Part shown: piece by piece, positions 19,415 through 28,465 of the stretch
How positions within the stretch are numbered: the stretch's first letter is position 1
How the letters are laid out: each line of letters starts with the position of its first letter
Virus record (IMG/VR): IMGVR_UViG_3300025886_001957
Span: 14,463-78,462 of that record
From: a virus
Length of the DNA: 64,000 nt
Strand: one strand, 5' to 3'
Made by a program: the position numbers and the translations under genes
The notes under the pieces: model-generated
What the model was told of the DNA's origin: nothing
The model's input: only the letters and a program-made list of their open reading frames with translations
The model's database searches: none

Positions 19415-20093
19415 TTATTATGCCTTTTATTTTCCATGGTGTAAAACATACACTGCCTAAACTGATATGATGTGCGCCTGCATTTATATAATCTTGTGCA
19501 TCTTGTTTGCACGTTACTCCTCCACCGGCAATAACTTGTACATGTGGATGTGTTTGTTTAATGTAAGTAATTATCTTCATTGTATATGGTACCAGTACTT
19601 TGCCACTAAGTCCGCCTTTGGATGTTTGTAATGTATTACTTGCATGTATAGTATTATAGCCTGATTCTATTAATTTGTCAACTAGTTTTTCGTCTGCTAT
19701 AGGAGATATTTTAGCAATACACCATTTACGTTTAGAACTATTAAATATATTAAATCCAGGTAATAACTGATCAACCTGCTTGTCTAAGTTAGGACAACTA
19801 ATGTTTATTTCAACACTAGTATCAGATGGTATAAAACTTTCAAATGTATACCAATCATTTTTATCTATTGCAGCTAGGCTCATTATATTATTATGGCTAT
19901 GCTGTGTAATTGCATGAAGTATACCTTTGTTACGCAATCCTATTTTATTGCGCCATCCTGTTTTAGTGTAACGTAGGGTTTTAGCTATTTGTTTATATAG
20001 TCCGGGTCTTGGTTGTACAGTCCAACTACCAGTAACACTAATAGCATTTTTAAATTTTAAGTAATTTCCAAATGGGGCTGATATAAAATACAT
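19407..20093 (-). CDS. Dihydroorotate dehydrogenase-like FMN-dependent TIM-barrel protein
   Basis: EINISCPN, KISP, SNT, GGLSG, IAGGGV. Confidence 0.75.
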   Translation of the reverse strand: MYFISAPFGNYLKFKNAISVTGSWTVQPRPGLYKQIAKTLRYTKTGWRNKIGLRNKGILHAITQHSHNNIMSLAAIDKNDWYTFESFIPSDTSVEINISCPNLDKQVDQLLPGFNIFNSSKRKWCIAKISPIADEKLVDKLIESGYNTIHASNTLQTSKGGLSGKVLVPYTMKIITYIKQTHPHVQVIAGGGVTCKQDAQDYINAGAHHISLGSVCFTPWKIKGIIND

Positions 20094-20095
20094 TT

Positions 20096-20302
20096 TTAAT
20101 TTTTCTCAAGACCTGCAATATATCCATCCAATGGTAAAATAGTTACAGTATGATGCATACGGCCTTCTTCCCACATTTCGCAGGCTTCAAGGCCTGCTGC
20201 ATCTGCTTTTTCTTTTGTGGTGTAGACACCGACAATTTTATATGGATTGTCGGTGACTAGGTTTGTTACCTGCACAATAAACATGTTTACTGTTTCATTC
20301 AT
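20096..20302 (-). CDS. Hypothetical protein
   Basis: ORF track. Confidence 0.5.
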   Translation of the reverse strand: MNETVNMFIVQVTNLVTDNPYKIVGVYTTKEKADAAGLEACEMWEEGRMHHTVTILPLDGYIAGLEKN

Positions 20303-20819
20303 TTATTAAGTCCTCTAAGTTTATTGGAGCAAAATTTGTTTGCTCTACACATACGCATTTATAAGGACCTTCAGGAGAAGGGTTACTATGTATATGTCCG
20401 TGTACGTTTAAAATTGGATCCTTGCCAAATCTGTGTGTCTCAGCAAGTGTACTTGCATGTTGTGGTGTATGTGATAGTAGCAATCCTTTATCACTTATAT
20501 CTTTCCAAAGCATCATGCTTTTAAAAAACGGAGCAAGAAATTTAGGATTGTCATGATTGCCCATAATTAAATGTTTCTTTCCTGGCAACTTAGCAAAGTT
20601 ATTTTCTAACCATTCAACTTTATCAGGCCCAAACAACACATCGCCTAAATGATAAACAGTGTCAGTAGATTTAATTACGTCATTCCAGTTATCAAACATA
20701 GCTTCGTTCATTTGATCTACATTATCAAATTCTCTCGGAGGCTTACCTGCATAATCCTTAAATGTAAGAATTGCTGCATGATTAAAATGTGTATCGCTTA
20801 TAACCCATGTATTTTTCAT
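20295..20819 (-). CDS. Calcineurin-like metallophosphoesterase
   Basis: SDTHF, LGD, GNHD, SHTP, HGHIH. Confidence 0.88.
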   Translation of the reverse strand: MKNTWVISDTHFNHAAILTFKDYAGKPPREFDNVDQMNEAMFDNWNDVIKSTDTVYHLGDVLFGPDKVEWLENNFAKLPGKKHLIMGNHDNPKFLAPFFKSMMLWKDISDKGLLLSHTPQHASTLAETHRFGKDPILNVHGHIHSNPSPEGPYKCVCVEQTNFAPINLEDLINE

Positions 20820-20873
20820 AGCTGTGCCTTTGTTATTGCCTATATAACTTTGTAACAGGTTATACTATATATG

Positions 20874-21737
20874 TCAACCCCAATTATTTTTAGGCCATTC
20901 GTCAACGCAATCATGTATATCAGGGTTGCCATGAAATACTGCTATACTAGTTTCGTCTAGTATAACTGGAATACCCGGAGCTCTAAAATTTCTTTTTCCA
21001 TTTATTAATGAAAGATCGTGTTTAGCTCTCATTTCCCATTTGTAACTTTGTATCCATTCGTCCGGCCAAAAAATATGATTGTGTATTTCTTTAAACATAA
21101 AATCTTGATCGCCATGTAACCGCTTGGTCCAATGTGTTATATCTCCAATAAATTTTTGATATATATCTTTTAATGATCCAATTTTTATTCTAAATACCGA
21201 ACTGTTCATTCTATCATAACCAGCTCTTGCAAATCTATTAAAGTCTCTGATAATAATAAAATCATTATCAGGTCTATAATAAAAAAGATTATCAATATTT
21301 CTAAAAACAATCAAGTCTAAATCTAGAAATAATAACGTACCAGTAAACGGTAACTCGTCGCTTAAAAACCAAACTTTGAACCACCATCCTAGCACAGGAA
21401 GTTTTGGTAAATTGTATGTTTTAATATTTTTATCAAGTCCAGTATTGTCATCAGTAAAGCATACAAATTCATGCGGTATGGTTAAATTTCTACTAACCAT
21501 ACTGTGTAACTTATTAACATACTCTGCACTATACTTGTTACCCCATTTTAGACAACACACATATTTAATATCAGTTTGTGCAGTTGGTATGGTATCTACT
21601 TGTAATAACTTGGATTGTTTTTGTTTGCGCTTGCGTAACTTTCTTTGCTCTTTTGTTTCACCAGGCAGATAAACCTTAGTCATTAAAAGACATTTTTTGT
21701 ACTGTAAATGGTGTGTAGATAGCACTATTAGCACCAT
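20874..21737 (-). CDS. Glycosyltransferase (GT8-like); true start probably about 21683
   Basis: CLKWGNKYS, WWFK, FLDLD, NSSV, GDQD, FHGNP. Confidence 0.8.
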   Translation of the reverse strand: MVLIVLSTHHLQYKKCLLMTKVYLPGETKEQRKLRKRKQKQSKLLQVDTIPTAQTDIKYVCCLKWGNKYSAEYVNKLHSMVSRNLTIPHEFVCFTDDNTGLDKNIKTYNLPKLPVLGWWFKVWFLSDELPFTGTLLFLDLDLIVFRNIDNLFYYRPDNDFIIIRDFNRFARAGYDRMNSSVFRIKIGSLKDIYQKFIGDITHWTKRLHGDQDFMFKEIHNHIFWPDEWIQSYKWEMRAKHDLSLINGKRNFRAPGIPVILDETSIAVFHGNPDIHDCVDEWPKNNWG

Positions 21738-22152
21738 GTTCTGAACACTCGCAGCTTTCGCACCAGCAACGTCCGTTTGTTACTTCTCTAATAAGTTCGT
21801 TTGCAAATTTCCATGCATGGTATGCAAACATCTCTGCACCAACACCATTTAATACTGTAATTTCAGCAAGTCCCATGTTCTCAAGTTCTGCAAACTTATA
21901 TAAGTATGGATCATCTCTATCAATAACAGTTTTATGATCAAACATATCTTCTAACCAGGCCTTGAGCGGTTTAAGGCCTCCAAAGTCTACTGCCCAGTTC
22001 TTATCATCAAGATCTGTGCATCCAAATATAAATTTAAATCCTAAGCTATAGCCATGTAGTAAATGACAGTGTGAATGATCTGCATTAGGTTGTCGAAACA
22101 CTGCTGATAATCCTATTTGTGATCCATATGTTTTAGTTGAATAGAACGCCAT
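21676..22152 (-). CDS. queD: 6-carboxytetrahydropterin synthase (QueD/PTPS family)
   Basis: CHLLHGY, DFGGLK, FDH, EMFA, CSEH. Confidence 0.85.
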   Translation of the reverse strand: MAFYSTKTYGSQIGLSAVFRQPNADHSHCHLLHGYSLGFKFIFGCTDLDDKNWAVDFGGLKPLKAWLEDMFDHKTVIDRDDPYLYKFAELENMGLAEITVLNGVGAEMFAYHAWKFANELIREVTNGRCWCESCECSEHGANSAIYTPFTVQKMSFND

Positions 22153-22175
22153 ATTAATACTCCTGTGTTAACTAT

Positions 22176-22204
22176 ATTATATATGATTTTTAAGTAGTTG
22201 TCAA
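22176..22204 (-). promoter_or_regulatory. Sigma70-type promoter TTGACA-N17-TATAAT
   Basis: Perfect consensus upstream of queD. Confidence 0.85.
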
Positions 22205-22518
22205 TCAAACTTCGGAGGCTTGATCATATTTTTTTTAAGTTCGTCGAGTTCTAATTTAAGTTCTTCTAGTCCATTTGCTGCACTAGACATTTTACGAATT
22301 ACTATTCTTACAGTATAAATTGTCCAGAACCACCAAGTAGTAGCAGTAATTGCAGTTAGTAGTAAACTAATGTAAAATAATATATCTAGTTCTACAAAGT
22401 CAATCCATAATAATAATATTGATATTATTATAAAACATACTGGAGCAAGTTTTGCATATAAATCCCAACGTGCTATTTGTTTTTCGATCTTTAAATTTAA
22501 ATCAGCGTCGGTGTTCAA
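22201..22518 (-). CDS. Membrane protein with two TM segments and a coiled-coil tail
   Basis: ORF track; hydrophobic stretches. Confidence 0.55.
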   Translation of the reverse strand: MNTDADLNLKIEKQIARWDLYAKLAPVCFIIISILLLWIDFVELDILFYISLLLTAITATTWWFWTIYTVRIVIRKMSSAANGLEELKLELDELKKNMIKPPKFD

Positions 22519-22627
22519 AATCAGTACTTCCTTAACTTTTGATAAAGGAGATGTGTGTTGAACTCCTATGTATTATATAATATATTTATCATTGCTACAA
22601 GTTGTTTTCTAATTAGTTATGAATATG

Positions 22628-22948
22628 TTATTGTACTATATTTACATTATTAATTCTATCATATCTAAAACTGCGCCATCCTTTGGCATTTACATCCCAT
22701 ACGTTAATTACTGCATCAGATATTTCTCGAATCTTTTTTTGACTAAGAGGATCAGACTTTGTTGCCATTGGTTTTATATCTTCACGCAATGTACAAGTCA
22801 TTATACGTTTGTCACCATTAAGTTTAGTAAAGTCAACTTCTAACACATTTTTTTCTAGTTGTAATTTTAGGTCTGTTTTAGTAGGAATACCTTTTAAGGT
22901 AGCTACCGTCTCATTCACGATGTTTGACGATTTTGTCTGCGAGTCCAT
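22628..22948 (-). CDS. SH3/WYL-like small phage protein
   Basis: [17 protein letters not shown]...[14 protein letters not shown]. Confidence 0.65.
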   Translation of the reverse strand: MDSQTKSSNIVNETVATLKGIPTKTDLKLQLEKNVLEVDFTKLNGDKRIMTCTLREDIKPMATKSDPLSQKKIREISDAVINVWDVNAKGWRSFRYDRINNVNIVQ

Positions 22949-23501
22949 AATCTACTGCCTCCTGTGCTGTCATAAATGTATCTCTATCCATATCTCTTTC
23001 AAGTTCTTCGTAGGTTTTTCCAACACTGTTATGATGTACATATAAATTTGTAAGCATCTTTTTCATTGAAGTAATTTCTTTGTATTGTATTTCAATGTCG
23101 CTTTGCATTCCACGTGCGCCGCCGCTTGGTTGATGGATCATTGTCCTGCTATGCGGTAATACACTACGATGACCTTTAGCACCCGATTGTGCTAAGAAGC
23201 TACCCATTGAACAAGCTTGTCCCATTACAATAGTATGTACATCATTTTTTACAAATTGCATAGTATCATAAATTGCCATACCTGATGTAATAACACCTCC
23301 GGGACTATTAATCATTAGTGTAATTGGCTTTTTATTGTTTGATGATTCTAAAAATAATAATTGTGCTACAATTAAGTTAGCCATGCCATCTTCAACTTGA
23401 CCATTTAACATAACAATACGATCTTTCATTAGACGACTATAAATGTCGTATGATCGTTCGCCGCGTGATTCTTGTTCTACTACCATAGGTACTAATGGCA
23501 T
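22911..23501 (-). CDS. clpP: ATP-dependent Clp protease proteolytic subunit
   Basis: YDIYSRL, INSPGG, ACSMGS (catalytic Ser), MIHQP, DRD. Confidence 0.96.
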   Translation of the reverse strand: MPLVPMVVEQESRGERSYDIYSRLMKDRIVMLNGQVEDGMANLIVAQLLFLESSNNKKPITLMINSPGGVITSGMAIYDTMQFVKNDVHTIVMGQACSMGSFLAQSGAKGHRSVLPHSRTMIHQPSGGARGMQSDIEIQYKEITSMKKMLTNLYVHHNSVGKTYEELERDMDRDTFMTAQEAVDYGLADKIVKHRE

Positions 23502-23502
23502 T

Positions 23503-23739
23503 TTATTCTCCTATTTCTTCTAGTTCGTAATATTCCATTACTTCATTTGTTTGAGATTTAGCTATAGCTTCGGCTTTCTTCCAATCAGCTTCTTCTAAGT
23601 TAAATTCAATTATTTTATCAATCCTAACGTCCTCAACTTCGGGCCATCCTAATGATTGAAGTGCATATGTTACAGTCTGTCCAGCATTGTCGAGTATTCC
23701 TCGACGAATACATATCATTACTTTATATCGTGTTACCAA
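23503..23739 (-). CDS. purS: FGAM synthase subunit PurS-like protein
   Basis: RRGILDNAG...[15 protein letters not shown]...NEVMEYY. Confidence 0.7.
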   Translation of the reverse strand: MVTRYKVMICIRRGILDNAGQTVTYALQSLGWPEVEDVRIDKIIEFNLEEADWKKAEAIAKSQTNEVMEYYELEEIGE

Positions 23740-24197
23740 GTTACAGTTCTTTTTGCTGGCATTTGAAATAAAGCAGTAACACCATCGGTTGCTTGCGTTC
23801 TAGCAAAAATACACCAGCCAAACCAACCTTTGTCTTCAATATCTTTCTTAATAATTTCAATTTCCGTAAACTCACGAAAGCTTGTTCCAGTAGTCCAAAC
23901 ATCGTCAACAATAAGAACAGGATCGTTATCGTGTCCTGAAACATAATGACTCAATGCATTTTGTAATTTTACACCGCCTCTGGGAATACCAACTACTTTA
24001 GAAAATTGTCGAGTTTCAATCTCAGAAATCATTTTAGCAAAACATTCCCATTCTGCATCTGAAATTGCGTCACACTCAATCTTCCACGTTAGGTCTAATC
24101 CAGCATGTGACTTAAAATTACACTGCTGAAATAAATCAATTTTTGGTTCGTCGAGTACAGTTATATTTAATTTGTCATAATAAGATTCTAAACCCAT
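23733..24197 (-). CDS. Type I phosphoribosyltransferase (orotate-PRT-like)
   Basis: VGIPRGG and VLIVDDVWTTGTS PRPP loop. Confidence 0.82.
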   Translation of the reverse strand: MGLESYYDKLNITVLDEPKIDLFQQCNFKSHAGLDLTWKIECDAISDAEWECFAKMISEIETRQFSKVVGIPRGGVKLQNALSHYVSGHDNDPVLIVDDVWTTGTSFREFTEIEIIKKDIEDKGWFGWCIFARTQATDGVTALFQMPAKRTVTW

Positions 24198-24209
24198 GTA
24201 TCTTTCCTT

Positions 24210-24437
24210 TCATCCACTTACATATGTTGTACCATCATTAAATTTAGCATAAAAATTTTTTTGTTCGTGTATTCTGCCTAGTACTTCTTGTATCTCATGC
24301 ATCTCTGCTCTAAGTTGTTCTGAAGTTTCTCCCTGAGCAATAGCTAATCCTCTTCTACCTGCTTTTGCTCTTAGAGCCTGTTCGATTATTTCAATATCTC
24401 TAATTGATAAATTAAAAGTTGTATTTGGTTTTACCAT
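24210..24437 (-). CDS. Hypothetical protein
   Basis: ORF track. Confidence 0.6.
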   Translation of the reverse strand: MVKPNTTFNLSIRDIEIIEQALRAKAGRRGLAIAQGETSEQLRAEMHEIQEVLGRIHEQKNFYAKFNDGTTYVSG

Positions 24438-24451
24438 TTTAAAAAACTCAT

Positions 24452-24643
24452 TTAGTGAACGCCTTCTGAATATATTACAGGTATAGCAAGAAAGAGCATG
24501 CCAAATATTAGTGCAATCATAAGAATGACAGGAAATTGAGATAGCAAAGGTTTATGAAAGTCAAAAAGTCTGATATACTCGTGTACTCTGTATGCTACAA
24601 TTTTATTTTTAATCTTCTTCATATTGTATCTATCTCCTCCCAT
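24452..24643 (-). CDS. Small membrane protein
   Basis: ORF track; one TM segment. Confidence 0.45.
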   Translation of the reverse strand: MGGDRYNMKKIKNKIVAYRVHEYIRLFDFHKPLLSQFPVILMIALIFGMLFLAIPVIYSEGVH

Positions 24644-24813
24644 GTTCTAATAAAAAAACTACTACCTAGTTTATCAATCTCTGCTTGAGGATAACCCTCA
24701 GAAACTAACCAACTAATCATGTTGAAATCGTTTTCTAGTAAATAATATTCTTCATGCACAGGCTTAGGAAATCCATACTTCCAACCGCTTGGCGGATCAA
24801 CCATCAGTGTCAT
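24619..24813 (-). CDS. Hypothetical protein (DPPSGWKYGFPK)
   Basis: ORF track. Confidence 0.55.
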   Translation of the reverse strand: MTLMVDPPSGWKYGFPKPVHEEYYLLENDFNMISWLVSEGYPQAEIDKLGSSFFIRTWEEIDTI

Positions 24814-24979
24814 TGATTAGTACTCCTATACATGGTACAACTATTGACATTTTACAGTATTTAGGATAATCATCATAGCTCATAACAATCATCATTGGTA
24901 TGCCGATCATAATGAAAGCTATAATAGCTATAGCTTTTCCTAAATCTTTTGTTGTACAGTAATTATGTTCGTTGCTCAT
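24797..24979 (-). CDS. Small membrane protein
   Basis: ORF track; AAGGA SD. Confidence 0.55.
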   Translation of the reverse strand: MSNEHNYCTTKDLGKAIAIIAFIMIGIPMMIVMSYDDYPKYCKMSIVVPCIGVLINDTDG

Positions 24980-24989
24980 AAGTGTTCCT

Positions 24990-26165
24990 TTATATCACTT
25001 TTAGAATTATTGTGTCAGAATTAAATCTACCATTAAGTTTTGTATCTGTTGTTGGTATGTTTTCTATAAACTTTCTTAGTGCAACTTTACCTGCAGTCTT
25101 AAACTCTCGTAATTGATCAGCTGGTTTACGTAGTGTTTTTTGAATACTTTTCTTTTCATCAAAAAATTGTAATGTAGTTCCTTTAACCTGCAGTGTAGTA
25201 TGTTCTTGTGCTATATATTTTCCTAACTTTCGAGTTTTAATATTAAACACCCACAACTCACTTGCTCCGATAATTCCTGCAGGATTTATACTAGCAACTT
25301 TATACTTCTCGTCAGCTTTAAGATACTTGAGCTTTTCAACTAACTTGTCTGCACTTTTAGGCTTTGCTTTACGCGGCTTGCGTGTTGCTTTTGCACTTTC
25401 AATAATAAAGTCAAGTGCTGCGAGCAGTTCATTAATTGCAATGGTATAATTTTTAATGTCGCCTTTTTTAAGATGACTATATCCTTCTTTAAGTTGAAGC
25501 CATTGATCAGCAGTATGCTCATCCATCTTTTTTAGTTTACCCGGAGTAGGATACTTTGCTAAGTCTTCAAAGTCAATTAGCTCGTCTTGATAAAACTTAC
25601 GCATCTTACGTGCATGTGCTTGTGTTACTCCTTTTGTTAAAAAGTGTCCTTTAAAGTCAAACCCTTTAGGATCAAAGTTTTTTTTGTTTGTAACAAATCC
25701 ATCAAGCCACGTGTCAATGTCTTCAACATAACTTTGTGCCTGTTCGTATATACGTTCTTGTATGCTTGGTTTGTGTAAAGTTTTTACAACAGCTTGTTCA
25801 TCTTTTTTCTCTTTTTGAACGAGCTTTCCTTGTTCAACTAGTGCGTTAATTCTTTTGGGCAATCCGTCGATATACGACTCGTGTACTAGTTCAACGTGAT
25901 CATTCATTATCAGCCATGCAGCAGTTGCCCAACTACTGTTCATACCAATTTTGTAATCAGGTAATCGATTTATAGCAACTAGTGCTTCTTTGGGCCAATG
26001 CATCTTAATGTATTCTTTTACAGTATTTCCCCACTCACGACTTTCAACTTCGTAGTGAACATACTGTTGGCAACGAATCCAATCTTGTTTAACTGGCATT
26101 GCTGCCATTCCAGTTGTTCGTCGTGATGCACGGACTGTTTTCTTTTTACGAGTTGCTTTGGCCAT
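24990..26165 (-). CDS. Hypothetical phage protein, 391 aa
   Basis: ORF track; has its own sigma70-type promoter. Confidence 0.7.
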   Translation of the reverse strand: MAKATRKKKTVRASRRTTGMAAMPVKQDWIRCQQYVHYEVESREWGNTVKEYIKMHWPKEALVAINRLPDYKIGMNSSWATAAWLIMNDHVELVHESYIDGLPKRINALVEQGKLVQKEKKDEQAVVKTLHKPSIQERIYEQAQSYVEDIDTWLDGFVTNKKNFDPKGFDFKGHFLTKGVTQAHARKMRKFYQDELIDFEDLAKYPTPGKLKKMDEHTADQWLQLKEGYSHLKKGDIKNYTIAINELLAALDFIIESAKATRKPRKAKPKSADKLVEKLKYLKADEKYKVASINPAGIIGASELWVFNIKTRKLGKYIAQEHTTLQVKGTTLQFFDEKKSIQKTLRKPADQLREFKTAGKVALRKFIENIPTTDTKLNGRFNSDTIILKVI

Positions 26166-26198
26166 AATTTAGATCCTCTGTGTGTTTAACTTAATACT

Positions 26199-26227
26199 AC
26201 TATATAGTCATACATCTATTTTGTCAA
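26199..26227 (-). promoter_or_regulatory. Sigma70-type promoter TTGACA-N17-TATAGT
   Basis: Near-consensus boxes, 17-nt spacer. Confidence 0.8.
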
Positions 26228-26379
26228 CCATGTTCTTTGGATAACCTATACTTACAATAGTAATCCCATGCTTCCCACATACCGTATGCAAGCAATGGGC
26301 CAATGTACGGAACAAAAAATAGATTAAGAAGTACCCATGCCCATATTACTATAATTACTGTATCATAAATTCTTATCAT
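26224..26379 (-). CDS. Small membrane protein, 51 aa
   Basis: Read by hand (MIRIYDTVIIVIWAWVLL...); TAATG coupling to the ligase stop. Confidence 0.55.
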   Translation of the reverse strand: MIRIYDTVIIVIWAWVLLNLFFVPYIGPLLAYGMWEAWDYYCKYRLSKEHG

Positions 26380-27692
26380 TAGATCTTCTCGCCTGGTTCG
26401 AATCCTCTAAATGTTTTAAATCGAGGAAATCGTAAACTATAAGTTTCATCTTGATTTTGTGTTACAGCGTCGGCACGAACTTCAACCAACTGGCCAATAA
26501 GATCATTACGGCTAGACCAAAATACGGATCTGTTATCATCCGTAAAGCCGCTGCCAACATTAACCCTAATGTCCTTCCCGTCATCCACGCCGCTGCACAC
26601 AACAGCCCCGAGCTTGCCTTTATTTCGGCCTGTTCCTTCTTCAACTTCAATAACCTCCAGTGTTACTTCAATAAACGGTTTTGCTTTAAGCCAAGAATGT
26701 GTACGCTTACATTCATATGGTGCATCGATATCCTTAATCATAACTCCTTCATAGCCGCCGTCTACGGCTGCTTTATTTAACTGTACAAAGCGTTCTTGAC
26801 CTTCTGACGTGTCCAAGTCAACATCTTCCCAATCAAGTGCTTGTACGTGCGCTAGTTGTTCTGTATTGTCACGTACCCAATGCGATGTATAAAGACTGCG
26901 AGTTGATTGAGGCTTATCCCATGTACCTTCTTTGAATTTATCTAGTGGAATCATATCAAACAAGTGTAGCACAGCATCAGTAGATTGTTTACCGTCTTTG
27001 CGATGTAGTTGCTTCATAAGATCTTGGAAGTCTGCACTCATTACTTCTCCATCTAAAACTAAATCATACGGAGCAGGCTTAGATACTAGTACTGACTCAA
27101 TTTCTGCAATAATGTGTCCAAAGTTATGGAATTGTTTTCCATTGCGGCTAAACATTTCTACTTTATTACCACGTATAATTGTAATAACACGCACACCGTC
27201 AAGTTTAATTTCAATTTGTTTTTTACCTGACATTTTCTTTTCGTGTTTGGCAGAATCGTGTGCTAACGAACAAGTAAATGTTGGAATTGTATATTGTGGA
27301 AACTGTTTAGCAACCTTGTTTACTGTCTTTTCACTTGTTCCACAACGTAAGTCTTTGATTAAGATTCGTCGATAAAACATATTCCATTGCTCAACAGTAG
27401 CAATGTTCATTGTTAATTCAATAGCATCTCGTGCAGCATGGCCTGTAAGTTCTCTTGCAATAAGTTTATTAGCTAGTTCTGCAAATACAGGCCATGCAAG
27501 ACCTTGTCCGTCGACTGTTGCTTCAGGAACCTGTTTAACGCCATACGTTACAAGCGGATCAAGTGCCATTTGTACACCTTCAAAAAACTCATCTAGCCCT
27601 TGGGTCATTGCATCTTCAATAATAGCTTCCTTAGCAAGACGTGAATTATCTGCTTCAAGCCTACGGATAATTTCGTGCGGTTGTGTTCTCAT
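26379..27692 (-). CDS. ATP-dependent DNA ligase
   Basis: EIKLDGVR (adenylated Lys), LDGE, YEGVMIK, WLKAK, LRFPRF. Confidence 0.95.
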   Translation of the reverse strand: MRTQPHEIIRRLEADNSRLAKEAIIEDAMTQGLDEFFEGVQMALDPLVTYGVKQVPEATVDGQGLAWPVFAELANKLIARELTGHAARDAIELTMNIATVEQWNMFYRRILIKDLRCGTSEKTVNKVAKQFPQYTIPTFTCSLAHDSAKHEKKMSGKKQIEIKLDGVRVITIIRGNKVEMFSRNGKQFHNFGHIIAEIESVLVSKPAPYDLVLDGEVMSADFQDLMKQLHRKDGKQSTDAVLHLFDMIPLDKFKEGTWDKPQSTRSLYTSHWVRDNTEQLAHVQALDWEDVDLDTSEGQERFVQLNKAAVDGGYEGVMIKDIDAPYECKRTHSWLKAKPFIEVTLEVIEVEEGTGRNKGKLGAVVCSGVDDGKDIRVNVGSGFTDDNRSVFWSSRNDLIGQLVEVRADAVTQNQDETYSLRFPRFKTFRGFEPGEKI

Positions 27693-27701
27693 AACATTTC
27701 C

Positions 27702-27896
27702 TTAATTAAAGATTTCAAAACCTTCGTCAATTAGATCTCGATATTTTTGTTCTGCTTCGGCGTCTTCGTCAAACTCCATCGAAAATTGCCATTCAATATC
27801 TTCCCAAAAATCAAAAAGAGTTTTAGGATCTTTTTTTGATCCAGTAATAGAAACACTACATAACCCTTTTTGTAGTATAATCATCTTTTTATTCAT
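27702..27896 (-). CDS. Hypothetical protein
   Basis: ORF track. Confidence 0.5.
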   Translation of the reverse strand: MNKKMIILQKGLCSVSITGSKKDPKTLFDFWEDIEWQFSMEFDEDAEAEQKYRDLIDEGFEIFN

Positions 27897-27966
27897 ATCA
27901 ATATCTTCTTTGTTGTTTGCGTTATATGTAACTTACTACATAATAATATAGAAGTCAAGAAGTTTT

Positions 27967-28050
27967 TGGTGGGCGATCCAGGAATCGAACCTGGCGTGCG
28001 TCTCCGCGGAGGATTTACAATCCCCTGTCACACCTTGTAACATATCGCCC
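27967..28050 (-). tRNA. tRNA-Tyr (GTA)
   Basis: GGGCGAT/ATCGCCC acceptor stem, TT-GTA-AA loop, long variable arm, GGTTCGATTCC, encoded CCA. Confidence 0.92.
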
Positions 28051-28055
28051 ATATT

Positions 28056-28146
28056 TGGCAACCCGTTAGCCGCATGTCTTTTGGACGGACACATCTGACC
28101 CCTACGCTATGTAGGATTTGTTTCACATAGTAGAATGCCACGGGTC
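28056..28146 (-). ncRNA. CCA-terminated structured RNA with an acceptor-like stem but no T-loop
   Basis: GACCCGT/ACGGGTT stem + G + CCA, two internal hairpins; lies between two tRNAs. Confidence 0.55.
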
Positions 28147-28170
28147 CACAGCATTGCTCTACTTTGTATT

Positions 28171-28244
28171 TGGCATCGGTGCAGGGAGTCGAACCCCGGC
28201 TTTCAGTTTTGGAGACTGACGTGCTACCGTAACACTTCACCGAC
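28171..28244 (-). tRNA. tRNA-Trp (CCA)
   Basis: GTCGGTG/CACCGAT stem, TCAGT-CTCCAAA-ACTGA arm, GGTTCGACTCC, encoded CCA. Confidence 0.95.
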
Positions 28245-28255
28245 ATAACTTTTTT

Positions 28256-28320
28256 ATGAATACACTCCCAGTTTATCAGATCTGTTGCTTAGTGCTATAC
28301 ACATAGCAGAGTGTACTCAT
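28256..28320 (-). ncRNA. Putative three-way-junction RNA element
   Basis: ATGAGTACACTC/GAGTGTATTCAT closing stem enclosing the TGCTAT/ATAGCA and CAG/CTG hairpins. Confidence 0.4.
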
Positions 28321-28356
28321 AAAAAAAGCCCCTAATAAAATTAATTACTAGAGGCT
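28321..28356 (-). terminator. Intrinsic terminator (attenuator 3:4 stem)
   Basis: AGCCTCTAGTAA-TTAATT-TTATTAGGGGCT followed by a T-run. Confidence 0.8.
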
Positions 28357-28384
28357 GCTTAAAATAACTTTTTAAAAAGTCACG

Positions 28385-28444
28385 TCAAGACATACCCCCT
28401 AATAGCGGCCAATATGTAATATATATTGTATTAGTCTTGATCAT
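28385..28444 (-). CDS. Putative attenuator leader peptide MIKTNTIYITYWPLLGGMS
   Basis: GAGAG SD 8 nt before the ATG, promoter just upstream, terminator just downstream. Confidence 0.6.
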   Translation of the reverse strand: MIKTNTIYITYWPLLGGMS

Positions 28445-28465
28445 GTTATCTACTCTCTGTTGTTA

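Noticed and set aside
21676-22152. Complete 7-deazaguanine DNA-modification system
   Set aside because: Only queD is visible; no folE, queC, queE or dpdA in the window
28056-28146. CCA-ended RNA as SRP RNA, a true tRNA or a theta/HDV-like ribozyme
   Set aside because: GGTCAG...GCGGCTAA only loosely resembles SRP helix 8 and lacks the GNRA loop; there is no T-loop; it is not placed directly at a tRNA 3' end and I could not build an HDV pseudoknot
28028-28246. 72-aa ORF
   Set aside because: Overlaps tRNA-Trp, the CCA-ended RNA and tRNA-Tyr
28256-28320. Known ribozyme or riboswitch (hammerhead, twister, pistol, TPP)
   Set aside because: Only short words (CTAAGC, CTGATAA) match; the required cores and pseudoknot partners are missing
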